A DNA stretch of 64,000 nucleotides from an uncultured Alphaproteobacteria bacterium. Its GTDB lineage: Bacteria; Pseudomonadota; Alphaproteobacteria; Rhizobiales; Beijerinckiaceae. The notes below the pieces were generated by a model, which did not search any database, was not told the DNA's origin, and saw nothing but the letters and a program-made list of their open reading frames with translations. The translations under genes were made by a program, and so were the position numbers. The stretch is from contig CAVZNQ010000042.1 in assembly GCA_963776665.1 (NCBI GenBank), positions 4,340 to 68,339 on the forward strand. Reading direction: 5' to 3'. Shown here in pieces: positions 50,043 to 59,285 of the stretch. Each line of letters begins with the position of its first letter. The first letter of the stretch is position 1.

Positions 50043-53000
50043 CTACTCAGCCGCCTCCCGCATCGCGCTGAAGCGCGTCAGCAGCGCCCGCAACGGGGCG
50101 GGTTTGATCGGCTTGTTCATCACGACCGCGTCCTCGCGCGCCGCCGCGTCGCGGACCTCGGGGCTGCGGTCGGCGGTGGCGAGGATGGCCGGGATATTGC
50201 GGCCGAACTGCTCGCGCAGCGCCCGGATCGCGGCGACGCCGTCGCCCGAATCGAGATGGTAGTCGGCGATGATGACTTCAGGTTCGCCGAATTCGGCGAG
50301 CGCCGCGCTCGCCTCGGCGAGGCCGTGGGCGGTCGCGACCGCACAGCCCCACCGACCGAGGAGAACCCGCATGCCTTCCAAGACCCGCGGCTCGTTGTCG
50401 ATCGCCAGCACCTTGAGCCCGCTCAGCGGCTCGCCCGCCGCGATCGGCTCGGGCGCGCCGGGCTTCGCGCGCGGCTTGGGCGCCGCGCGTCCGAGCGGCG
50501 CGGTGACGAAGAACACCGAGCCCTTGCCGGCGCGCGAGCGCAGGCCCACCGGGTGCTCGAGCACCCGCCCCAGACGCTCGACGATCGACAGGCCGAGGCC
50601 CAGGCCGCGCGCGACCCGCGCCCCCTGATCGAGCCGCCGGAACTCGACGAACACCGCGCGCTCATGTTCGGGCGGAATGCCGATGCCGGTGTCCCAGACC
50701 TCGATCCGGACGGCGCGGCGAACGCGCCGGCAGCCGACCAGCACCCGCCCGCCCAGCGTATATTTGAGCGCGTTCGAAATCAGATTCTGCAACAGGCGGC
50801 GCATCAGCCGGCGATCGGTGCGCACGACGAGGCTGGTCGGGACGAAGATGAGCTCGAGCCCCTTCGCCCGGGCGAGCGCGGCAAACTCGATTTCGAGCAT
50901 CCCCATCAGGTCGGCGACCGGAACGTCGGAGATTTCCGGCCGGGTCGCGCCCGCGTCGAGCCGCGAAATATCAAGGAGCGCGCCGAGAATCTCCTCGACC
51001 GCCTCGAGCGCGACATCGACATTGCGCGCAAGGTCCGCCCGCTCCTCGGCGCCGATCCGGCTCGCCCCCTCGGAGAGCGAGCTCGCATAGAGGCGCGCAG
51101 CATTGAGCGGCTGCAGAATGTCGTGGCTGGCCGCGGCGAGGAAGCGCGTCTTGGAGAGGTTGGCTGCGTCCGCCTCGTTCTTCGCCCGCTCGAGCTCGGC
51201 GTTGAGACGCTGCAATTCCGCCGTGCGCTCGTCGACCCGGCGTTCGAGCATTTCATTGGCGGCCTCGAGCGCCTCCTCGACCTGAACGGTCTGGGTCACA
51301 TCGGTGTAGGTGGTCACGATCCCGCCGTCCGGCAGCCGCGCCGAGCGGACCTCGATGACGCGGTGGGTCGAGAACAGGCGTAGCCGGTTCGGCTGGTCGT
51401 CATAGAGCAGGCTTGCGACCCGGTCGGCGACGAAGTCCTCCGAATCGCCCGGCCCGTAGGCGCCGCGGCCGGCGTTGAAGCGCACGATCTCGTCGAGCCC
51501 GACGCCGAGACGCAGCATGCCGGGCGGCAGATCGAAGAGGTCGGCGAATTCGCGGTTCCAGGCGGTCAGCGCCAGATTGGCGTCAAACACGGTGACGCCC
51601 TGCCGCGCGTGGTCGAGCGCATGCTGCAACTGATCGCGGCTCGACTGGATTGCCGCCGAAGCTTCGTCGATGAGCTTGAGCGCCGATTGACCGGACACCG
51701 TCCGGGGCCGCAAGAGCAGCGACAGCACCTGGCGCGAAGTCGAGGCGCCGATCGCCGGCGAGAGCAGGAATTCAGCGTGGCGAATCAATTGCGCGCTGGC
51801 CTCGGCGGCCGGGTCGTAAACGAGACCGCGCTCGCGCATGAAGGTCCCGAAGGCGCGGCGCGCCCGCCCCGCCCCGAGATAGCGGGCGACGGCCGCCTCG
51901 AGTTCGCCTCCGGTCGTCGAGGAGCGCCAGAGGCGGAACGCCTGCGGCTTGCCGCCGTCGCCCACGCCGGCGAACGCGCTCGCCTGGGCGCGTTCGAGCG
52001 CGCTCGGCTGGCGGGTGAGCGAAAAGGCGACGAAGGCTACGACATTCGCCGCGAGCGACAGGACCACACCCCCCACCAGCGCGTTGGGCGCGAAGGAGAC
52101 GAGCGTGACCGGGCTCAGCCAGGCGATCGCGAGCGGACCGTGCGCCAGAAAGCCCGACAGCGCCGTATCCGGCCGGATCGAAGGCAGCAGCAAAAGGTAG
52201 AACCAGGTGAGCGCGCCCACGGTCATGCCGGCGATCGCGCCCCGCGCCGTCCCGCGGCGCCAGAAGAGGCCGCCGAGAAAGGCCGGCGCGATCTGCGCCA
52301 CCGCCGCGAACGACAGGAGGCCGATCGACACCAGACCCGCTTCGCCGGCCATGCGCTCGTAAGCGAAGCCGAGCGCGAGGACGCCAACAATCGCGACCCG
52401 GCGTACCCATAGCACCAGCGCGCCGATGTCGCCCTCGACCGCGCGCCCCTGCGCCCCCCGGCGCCGGAGCACGAGCGGCATCACCAGATCGTTGGAAATG
52501 GTGATGGCGAGCGCGACGCTTTCCACCACCACCATTCCGGTCGCCGCCGAGAGGCCGCCCACCATCGTCAAGAGCGCGAGCCCATGCGCGCCGGCGCTGA
52601 GCGGCAGCGCCAGAACCGTCAAATCGCGATTGATCGATCCGTCCGGGAAAGCCGCGAGGCCGGCGATGGCGAGCGGCGCGACAAAAAGATTGATCAGCAC
52701 GAGATAGGCCGGAAACAGCCAGGCCGCGGTGCGGATGCCGCGCTGGCTGTGGTTCTCGACCACCGCGACATGGAACTGGCGCGGCAACAGCACGATGGCG
52801 AAAGCCGAAAGGAGCGTCGTCACCACCCACACGGCGGGATCGGGAGGGGTCTGGATGACTGCGGCGATCTTGGGATTGGACTGCGCAATCTCGGTCAGAG
52901 CGACGATCCCACCGTTGAGCTTCCAGACGACGAAGGCGCCGACGGCGAGAAATGCGACCAGTTTGACGATCGATTCGACGGCGATAGCGAGAATGAGACC

Positions 53001-53570
53001 GTCCTGATGCTCCTTGGGGTTGATGCGCCGGGTGCCGAACGCGATCGCGAAAGCCGCGAGAATCAGGGACACTGCAAGATAAAACGAGGTCGAGGGCGTA
53101 TCTGGCCGAAGCCCGCCGCGGTCGAACGAATCGACGACCATCAATACGGTCGGCGCGACCGCCTTGAGCTGGAGCGCGACATAGGGCGCCGACCCGATGA
53201 GCGCGATCAGCGCGGCGACTGCGGCGACCGGCTGGGATTTTCCGTACCGCGCCGACACGAAATCGGCGACCGTGGTGACGTTCTGCGCCTGGGCGAGATT
53301 GGCGATGCGGGCGATGAACGGCGCTCCGAGGCCGATCACAAGAATGGGCCCGATGTAAATAGGCAGAAAATCGAGCCCGTGCTCGGAAGCCAGTCCGACC
53401 GACCCGTAGTAGGTCCAGGACGTGCAATAGACGGCGAGACTGAGCGCGTAGACGACCGCCCGCGAGCGGCCCGAAGCCAAACGCCGTCCCCCGCGGTCGC
53501 CCCACCAGGCGATGAGAAACAGCAGGAAGACGTAGCCGATGGCGGTTAAGAATACCGTTGTGCCGTTCAT
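50043..53570 (-). CDS. Hybrid sensor kinase with N-terminal SLC5 (Na+/solute symporter) domain, PAS, kinase and receiver (CrbS/PrlS-like)
   Basis: YALSLAVYCTSWT, LPRQFH, ASHDILQPL H-box, GLGLGL, IADYHL. Confidence 0.92.
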   Translation of the reverse strand: MNGTTVFLTAIGYVFLLFLIAWWGDRGGRRLASGRSRAVVYALSLAVYCTSWTYYGSVGLASEHGLDFLPIYIGPILVIGLGAPFIARIANLAQAQNVTTVADFVSARYGKSQPVAAVAALIALIGSAPYVALQLKAVAPTVLMVVDSFDRGGLRPDTPSTSFYLAVSLILAAFAIAFGTRRINPKEHQDGLILAIAVESIVKLVAFLAVGAFVVWKLNGGIVALTEIAQSNPKIAAVIQTPPDPAVWVVTTLLSAFAIVLLPRQFHVAVVENHSQRGIRTAAWLFPAYLVLINLFVAPLAIAGLAAFPDGSINRDLTVLALPLSAGAHGLALLTMVGGLSAATGMVVVESVALAITISNDLVMPLVLRRRGAQGRAVEGDIGALVLWVRRVAIVGVLALGFAYERMAGEAGLVSIGLLSFAAVAQIAPAFLGGLFWRRGTARGAIAGMTVGALTWFYLLLLPSIRPDTALSGFLAHGPLAIAWLSPVTLVSFAPNALVGGVVLSLAANVVAFVAFSLTRQPSALERAQASAFAGVGDGGKPQAFRLWRSSTTGGELEAAVARYLGAGRARRAFGTFMRERGLVYDPAAEASAQLIRHAEFLLSPAIGASTSRQVLSLLLRPRTVSGQSALKLIDEASAAIQSSRDQLQHALDHARQGVTVFDANLALTAWNREFADLFDLPPGMLRLGVGLDEIVRFNAGRGAYGPGDSEDFVADRVASLLYDDQPNRLRLFSTHRVIEVRSARLPDGGIVTTYTDVTQTVQVEEALEAANEMLERRVDERTAELQRLNAELERAKNEADAANLSKTRFLAAASHDILQPLNAARLYASSLSEGASRIGAEERADLARNVDVALEAVEEILGALLDISRLDAGATRPEISDVPVADLMGMLEIEFAALARAKGLELIFVPTSLVVRTDRRLMRRLLQNLISNALKYTLGGRVLVGCRRVRRAVRIEVWDTGIGIPPEHERAVFVEFRRLDQGARVARGLGLGLSIVERLGRVLEHPVGLRSRAGKGSVFFVTAPLGRAAPKPRAKPGAPEPIAAGEPLSGLKVLAIDNEPRVLEGMRVLLGRWGCAVATAHGLAEASAALAEFGEPEVIIADYHLDSGDGVAAIRALREQFGRNIPAILATADRSPEVRDAAAREDAVVMNKPIKPAPLRALLTRFSAMREAAE

Positions 53571-53723
53571 TCGAGGCGCGCACTCGCCGTTCGGTCAGCG
53601 AACGCGCATGTTAGTCTATGGCGGGGTTTTGCGGAATTCGCCGCTTTTCGCGCCCGCCCGCTTGCCGGGCCGGAGCGTTCCGGGAGCGCAGGTCGCGCGA
53701 CGACCGGAGACGGGAGCAGCAGG

Positions 53724-54104
53724 ATGAATGAGAGTGAGATTCGAGAGGCGCTCGATCGTCACTGGGCCGCCTCGGACGCGAATGATTTCGACGTCGAGCA
53801 CGAGATATACCGGGAGGACGCGGTGCTCGAGTACCCGCAGTCGGGCGAGCGCATCAGGGGCCGGCGCAATATCCAGGCCTCCCGCTTCGCGCAGCCGAAC
53901 GCCAAGCGCTTCAAGGTGCGCCGAATCGTCGGCGCGGGCGACCTCTGGGTCACCGAGTTCATTCTCGCTTACGACGGCCGCCCGTCCTATGCGGTGAGCG
54001 TCATGGAGTTCCTGGACGGCAAGGTCGCCCGCGAGACGCAGTACTTTGCCGACCCGTTCGAGCCGGGACCTTCCCGCGCGCATCTGGTCGAGCGGATGGA
54101 ATGA
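53724..54104 (+). CDS. SnoaL/NTF2-like protein
   Basis: EYPQSGERIRGR..I...ETQYFADPF. Confidence 0.85.
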   Translation: MNESEIREALDRHWAASDANDFDVEHEIYREDAVLEYPQSGERIRGRRNIQASRFAQPNAKRFKVRRIVGAGDLWVTEFILAYDGRPSYAVSVMEFLDGKVARETQYFADPFEPGPSRAHLVERME

Positions 54105-54715
54105 AATCGGCGCACGAGGCGCGCGTCCGCGTGCTGGACCGGGCGGACATGCCCGTCGATACGCTCGAGCTCGCTCGATTTCTCCTCGGCAAAATGCTCA
54201 CGCGGAGGCTGGACGAAGGGGTCGCGGGCGGCCGCATCGTCGAGACCGAGGCGTATGTCATCGACGATCCCGCGGGCCACGCCTACCGCGGCATGACCCC
54301 GCGCAATCGCTCGCTGTTCCTCGAGCGCGGCCACGCCTACGTCTATCTCGCCTATGGCGTCTCGTTCATGCTGAACGTCTCGGGCGAGACTTCAGGCGTC
54401 GGCGCCGGCGTTCTGATCAGGGCGATCGAGCCGACCGTCGGCGTCGCGATCATGCAGCAGAATCGCCGCGTCGAGCGCCTGCAGGATCTGGCGCGGGGTC
54501 CGGGACGGCTTTGCCAGGCCTTGCGAATCGACCGCCGGCTGGACGGACTTGACCTCTGCCGCACGGGTCCGTTGTGGCTCGGCTCGGACGGCGACGCCCC
54601 GAAAGAGATCGGAGCGAGCAAGCGGATCGGCATCACCCGCGCAGCCGACAACCTGCTGCGCTTCTACGTGCGGGGCAGCCGGTTCGTGAGCGGTCCGCGG
54701 GCGCTCAACTCATGA
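54101..54715 (+). CDS. mpg: DNA-3-methyladenine glycosylase (MPG)
   Basis: IVETEAY, AYVYL.YG, VLIRAIEP, GPGRLC, RIGIT. Confidence 0.93.
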   Translation: MKSAHEARVRVLDRADMPVDTLELARFLLGKMLTRRLDEGVAGGRIVETEAYVIDDPAGHAYRGMTPRNRSLFLERGHAYVYLAYGVSFMLNVSGETSGVGAGVLIRAIEPTVGVAIMQQNRRVERLQDLARGPGRLCQALRIDRRLDGLDLCRTGPLWLGSDGDAPKEIGASKRIGITRAADNLLRFYVRGSRFVSGPRALNS

Positions 54716-54753
54716 GCGGGCCTGCGCAGGTCGATCGGCGTCCCGCCTCGACC

Positions 54754-55359
54754 TCAGCGCCACGGATGCGCGGCGGCGGACTTCTTTTCGTGCGCGTCGA
54801 TCGCGTCGGCCTCGACGAGCGTCAGGCCGATGTGGTCGAGGCCTTCGACCAGGCATTGCTTGCGGAACTCGTCGAGCTCGAACTTGACCACGCCGCCGTC
54901 GGGACCGCGGATTTCCAGCGCGGGCAGGTCGATGGTCAGGGTCGCGTTGGCGCCGCGTTCGGCGTCGTCCACGAGCTTGGCGTGGTCTTCGCGCGAGACC
55001 TTGATCGGCAGGATGCCGTTCTTGAAGCAGTTGTTATAGAAGATGTCGGCGAAGTCGGTCGCGATGATGCAGCGGATGCCGAAGTCGAGCAGCGCCCAGG
55101 GGGCATGCTCGCGCGAGGAGCCGCAGCCGAAATTGTGGCCCGCGACGATGATCGACGCCTTGCGATAGGCGGGTTTGTTGAGAACGAAGTCGGGGTGCTC
55201 GGATCCGTCCTCGCGATAGCGCATCTCCGCAAACAGGCCAGCGCCGAGTCCGGTGCGTTTGATCGTCTTCAGATATTGCTTGGGAATGATCATGTCGGTG
55301 TCGATGTTGTCGATCACCAGCGGCGCGGCCACTCCCGTCAATGTAGTAAACTTGTCCAT
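54754..55359 (-). CDS. leuD: 3-isopropylmalate dehydratase small subunit
   Basis: [24 protein letters not shown]. Confidence 0.97.
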   Translation of the reverse strand: MDKFTTLTGVAAPLVIDNIDTDMIIPKQYLKTIKRTGLGAGLFAEMRYREDGSEHPDFVLNKPAYRKASIIVAGHNFGCGSSREHAPWALLDFGIRCIIATDFADIFYNNCFKNGILPIKVSREDHAKLVDDAERGANATLTIDLPALEIRGPDGGVVKFELDEFRKQCLVEGLDHIGLTLVEADAIDAHEKKSAAAHPWR

Positions 55360-55458
55360 CCGTTCCAGGCTCTTCGCTTTGGGCGCTTTGAGCGCCGCGG
55401 CCGGCTTTATCCTTCTTCAGGGAGCGCGGCGCAATGGGCAGGGAGGCCTTGAGGGTCG

Positions 55459-56067
55459 CTACAGATACCGCTCCAGGTCCTTCGCCGCTTCCTCGGTCGG
55501 ACGTTCGACATTGAACGCTTCGACGAACGCGCCGTTCTTGTCCATGAGATAGACGATCGAGCTGTGGTCCATCGAATAGTCGCCGTCGGCCTGCGGCGGC
55601 CCCTTGCGGGCGAATACCCTGAAGGTCTTTTCCGCCGCCTCGATTGCCTGCGGGCTGCCGGAAAGCCCAATGATCGCCGGATTGAAGCTGCTGACGTAGT
55701 CCTGCATGATCTTGGGCGTGTCGCGCTCCGGATCGACGGTGATAAACAGGGCAGGAATGGTCTTGTCGCCCATCTGATTCAAAACATCGGAGATGCGCGC
55801 GAGCTCGGTTGGACAGACGTCCGGGCAGTGGGTGTAACCGAAATAGACCAGGAACGGCCGGCCGCGAAGCGTCTCGTCGCTGACCGTCTTGCCGTCGCCG
55901 GCCTTTAGCGAGAAGGCGCCGCCGATCAGGGCGGCGCGCGGCCTTTCAGACCCGCTCATGACTATGAATGCGGCGACGCCGAGGACGGCAATGGCCATCA
56001 GCGTCGCGATGGCGCGAAGCGCGAAAGCCCGCGATCGCGGCGCGTCTTCGGGTTCGATTGCCGGCAT
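55459..56067 (-). CDS. SCO family copper chaperone
   Basis: FGYTHCPDVCP, VDPERD, MDHS. Confidence 0.93.
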   Translation of the reverse strand: MPAIEPEDAPRSRAFALRAIATLMAIAVLGVAAFIVMSGSERPRAALIGGAFSLKAGDGKTVSDETLRGRPFLVYFGYTHCPDVCPTELARISDVLNQMGDKTIPALFITVDPERDTPKIMQDYVSSFNPAIIGLSGSPQAIEAAEKTFRVFARKGPPQADGDYSMDHSSIVYLMDKNGAFVEAFNVERPTEEAAKDLERYL

Positions 56068-56148
56068 CTGGCCTCCGTTCGGCGTCGATCGAGCGCTTAC
56101 ATAGGCCTCAAACTGGGCGATCTCCAGACGTTCGCGGAGGGGAAGCCG

Positions 56149-56163
56149 ATAGAAGCTCGCTAT
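56149..56163. promoter_or_regulatory. LysR-type recognition site upstream of fdsR
   Basis: ATAG-N7-CTAT (T-N11-A). Confidence 0.6.
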
Positions 56164-56211
56164 TGACCTTGGCTTTGCCTGGCGCCACGAAAAGGATCTG
56201 GATAAGCCGCC

Positions 56212-57154
56212 ATGGTGTTCCGTCAACTTGAATATCTCGCAGCGCTGGCGCGCGAGAAGCATTTCGGCCGCGCCGCGGAGGCCTGCCATGTGTCGCAGCC
56301 GACCCTATCGGCGGCGATCCGGCTGCTCGAAGACGATCTCGGGGCGCCGATCGTCGAGCGCGGCCATCGCTATGTCGGCCTGACGCCCCAGGGACAGGTG
56401 GCCCTTGATCACGCCCATCGGGTTCTCGCCGAAATCGAGAATTTGCGCCACGAACTCCACGAGATCGACAAGGGCCTCACCGGCCGCCTCCGGATCGGGG
56501 CGATTCCGACCGCGCTGCCGATCGTTTCTCAGCTCACCGGTCCATTCTACCAGCGTTTTCCTGGCGTTACGGTCGCCGTCTTTTCCATGAACAGTCAGGA
56601 AATCGATCGCGGGATCGAGGATTTCGAACTCGATGCCGGCCTCACCTATCTGGACGCCGAACCGATCGGCCACGTCAAAACGAGGCCGATTTGCGTCGAG
56701 GAATATCTCTTCCTCACTCCGGCGGACCGGCCCGCTCGCGGGCCGGTCGCAGGTCGCCTGGCGCGAAGCCGCCGAGGCGCCTCTGTGCCTGCTGACCCCC
56801 GACATGCAGAACCGGCGCATCATCGACGGCGTATTCCGGTCGGTCGGGGCGAAGCCGGTCCCGGCGGTGGAGACCAACTCAATCTTCAACCTTGTGTCCC
56901 ACGTCAGCGCCGGCCAATGGTCGGCGATTGTGCCCCGCCAGCTGTTGCGTTTCTTCGGCGTGCCGTCAGGCACGCAGGCCATCGAACTCGTCGAGCCGGT
57001 CACGCAACGCACCATCGGCCTCGTTATGAGCGACCGGGAGCCGCCCTCGCCGCTCGCGCGCAACCTGTTTGCGATGAAATTGCCCGTCGACGTCGCGGCG
57101 CTGATCCAGCCGCCGGAGCGGTTTGGAGCCGATGAAGGCAAAGCAGCTCGATAG
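56212..57154 (+). CDS. fdsR: LysR regulator of the fds operon; apparent +1 frameshift near 56728
   Basis: HFGRAA..CHVSQPTLS HTH; removing one C joins it to the PLCLLTPDMQNRRII frame; adjacent to fdsG. Confidence 0.8.
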
Positions 57155-57165
57155 AGGTTGCCTAT
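57151..57165. promoter_or_regulatory. LysR-type recognition site upstream of fdsG
   Basis: CG-ATAG-N7-CTAT-CG, overlapping the fdsR stop. Confidence 0.65.
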
Positions 57166-57239
57166 CGGCCCTTCCAAACGTTTAATTTGAACCTAGCTTT
57201 GCCCGGGCGCATGATTTGATCGAGTTCGGGAGGAATATC

Positions 57240-57722
57240 TTGTCTGGCCGAGCGGCTTTTGATGTTGATCTGGCCCAAGCGCTTATCGACCGCAAGCGGA
57301 CGCTGCCGGGCGCGACCCTGCCGATCCTGCATGATTTGCTGGAGCAATTCGGGTATATCGACGACGCCGCCATCCCGCTGATCGCGGACGCGCTCAACAT
57401 CTCGAGGGCCGAAACGCTCGGCGTCGTCAGCTTCTACCACGATTTCCGCCGTTCGCCGGTCGATGGCCGGGTCCTGAAGCTTTGCCGCGCCGAATCCTGT
57501 CAGGCCATGGGATGCGAAGATCTCGTGTCCCACCTCGCCGTCCGCCACGGCCTCACGGTCGACGGCGCGGACGAAGGTTCGGGGATTCACGTCGAATCGA
57601 TCTACTGCCTCGGCAACTGCGCTCTCTCTCCCGCCGCGCTCCTCGACGGTGAACCGGTCGGCCGTCTCGACCGCGATCGCCTCGACGCGATTGTCGCCGG
57701 CGCCGGGCGGAAGTCGCAATGA
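57240..57722 (+). CDS. fdsG: NAD-dependent formate dehydrogenase gamma subunit
   Basis: SFYHDFR, CRAESC, YCLGNC; TTG start after GGGAGG. Confidence 0.93.
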   Translation: MSGRAAFDVDLAQALIDRKRTLPGATLPILHDLLEQFGYIDDAAIPLIADALNISRAETLGVVSFYHDFRRSPVDGRVLKLCRAESCQAMGCEDLVSHLAVRHGLTVDGADEGSGIHVESIYCLGNCALSPAALLDGEPVGRLDRDRLDAIVAGAGRKSQ

Positions 57723-59275
57723 GCGCGCGCGTCTTCGTCCCCGCCGATTCTTCGGCACTGTCGGTCGGCGCGGACGCCGTCGCGGGCGCGATCTTCGACG
57801 AGGCACGCCGCCGCGGCGTCGACATTACGATTGTGCGCACCGGATCGCGCGGCCTCTTTTGGCTCGAGCCGCTGATCGAGGTCGAAACCGCCGCCGGCCG
57901 CGTTGGTTATGGACCCGTGGCGCCGGACGAGGTCGTGCAGCTGTTCGAGTCCGGCTTCCTCAGCGGCGGCTCTCATCCCAAGGCGCTCGGGCGCGTCGAT
58001 GACATCCCCTATCTCGCGCGCCAGCAGCGGCTAATTTTCGCCCGCTGCGGGCTCACCGATCCGTTGTCGATCGACGATTTCCGGCGTCATGGGGGGCTTC
58101 GCGGCCTCGAGCGCGCGTTGAGCCTCGGCGCCAAAGCGACGATCGAGGAGATTCTGGCCTCGGGACTGCGCGGGCGCGGCGGCGCGGGCTTTCCCACGGG
58201 CGTCAAATGGCGAACGACGGCCGGGATCGACGCCGAGCAAAAATACGTCGTCTGCAACGCCGACGAGGGCGATAGCGGCACCTTCGCCGACCGGATGCTG
58301 ATGGAGGGTGACCCGTTCCTCTTGATCGAGGGCATGGCCATCGCCGCGCTCTCGGTCGGCGCGTCGAGGGGCTATGTCTACATCCGCTCCGAATATCCGC
58401 ATGCCTTCGCGGTCTTTTCGCGTGCGATCGAGCGGGCGCGGGCGGCGGGACTTCTCGGCCCGAGCGTGCTCGGCTCCGGCCGCGCCTTCGATCTCGAGGC
58501 GAGGCTGGGCGCTGGCGCCTATATCTGCGGCGAGGAGACGTCGCTCCTGGAAAGCCTGGAGGGAAAGCGGGGCCAGATTCGCGTCAAGCCGCCGTTGCCG
58601 GCGATCGTGGGCCTGTTCGGCAAGCCGACCGTCGTCAACAACGTATTGAGCTTCGCTTCTGCGCCGTGGATCCTCGAGCACGGGGCCAAGGCCTATGCGG
58701 AATACGGCGCCGGCCGGTCGCTGGGATCGCAGCCGTTCCAGCTTGCCGGCAACGTCCGCCATGGCGGGCTCGTCGAACTCGCCTTCGGCGCCACCTTGCG
58801 CGATCTCATCGAAGGCTTCGGCGGCGGCACGCGCACCGGCCGGCCGATCCGTGCGGTTCAGGTCGGCGGACCGCTCGGCGCCTATTTTCCCGCTTCGCTT
58901 CTCGACACGCCGCTCGACTACGAGTCGATGGCGGCCGCTAAGGGCATGCTGGGCCATGGCGGGATCGTGGTCTTCGACGACAGCGTCGATATGGCGCGCC
59001 AGGCCCGCTTCGCCTTCGATTTCTGCGCCAAGGAGAGCTGTGGCAAGTGCACGCCGTGCCGGATCGGCTCGACGCGCGGCGTGGAGACGGTCGACAAGAT
59101 CATCGCCGGCCATGACCGCGAGCGGAACGTCCAGCTTCTGCGCGATCTTTGCGAAGTGATGACCGACGGCTCGCTTTGCGCGCTCGGGGGGCTGACCCCA
59201 CTACCCGTTGTCAGCGCGCTCGATCATTTCAGCGAGGATTTCGCCAGGGCGCCGGCGCGCGCGGCGGCGGAATAG
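57719..59275 (+). CDS. fdsB: Formate dehydrogenase beta subunit (NuoF-like)
   Basis: GLRGRGGAGF, CNADEGD, ESCGKCTPCR. Confidence 0.95.
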   Translation: MSARVFVPADSSALSVGADAVAGAIFDEARRRGVDITIVRTGSRGLFWLEPLIEVETAAGRVGYGPVAPDEVVQLFESGFLSGGSHPKALGRVDDIPYLARQQRLIFARCGLTDPLSIDDFRRHGGLRGLERALSLGAKATIEEILASGLRGRGGAGFPTGVKWRTTAGIDAEQKYVVCNADEGDSGTFADRMLMEGDPFLLIEGMAIAALSVGASRGYVYIRSEYPHAFAVFSRAIERARAAGLLGPSVLGSGRAFDLEARLGAGAYICGEETSLLESLEGKRGQIRVKPPLPAIVGLFGKPTVVNNVLSFASAPWILEHGAKAYAEYGAGRSLGSQPFQLAGNVRHGGLVELAFGATLRDLIEGFGGGTRTGRPIRAVQVGGPLGAYFPASLLDTPLDYESMAAAKGMLGHGGIVVFDDSVDMARQARFAFDFCAKESCGKCTPCRIGSTRGVETVDKIIAGHDRERNVQLLRDLCEVMTDGSLCALGGLTPLPVVSALDHFSEDFARAPARAAAE

Positions 59276-59285
59276 GAGACCAAGT

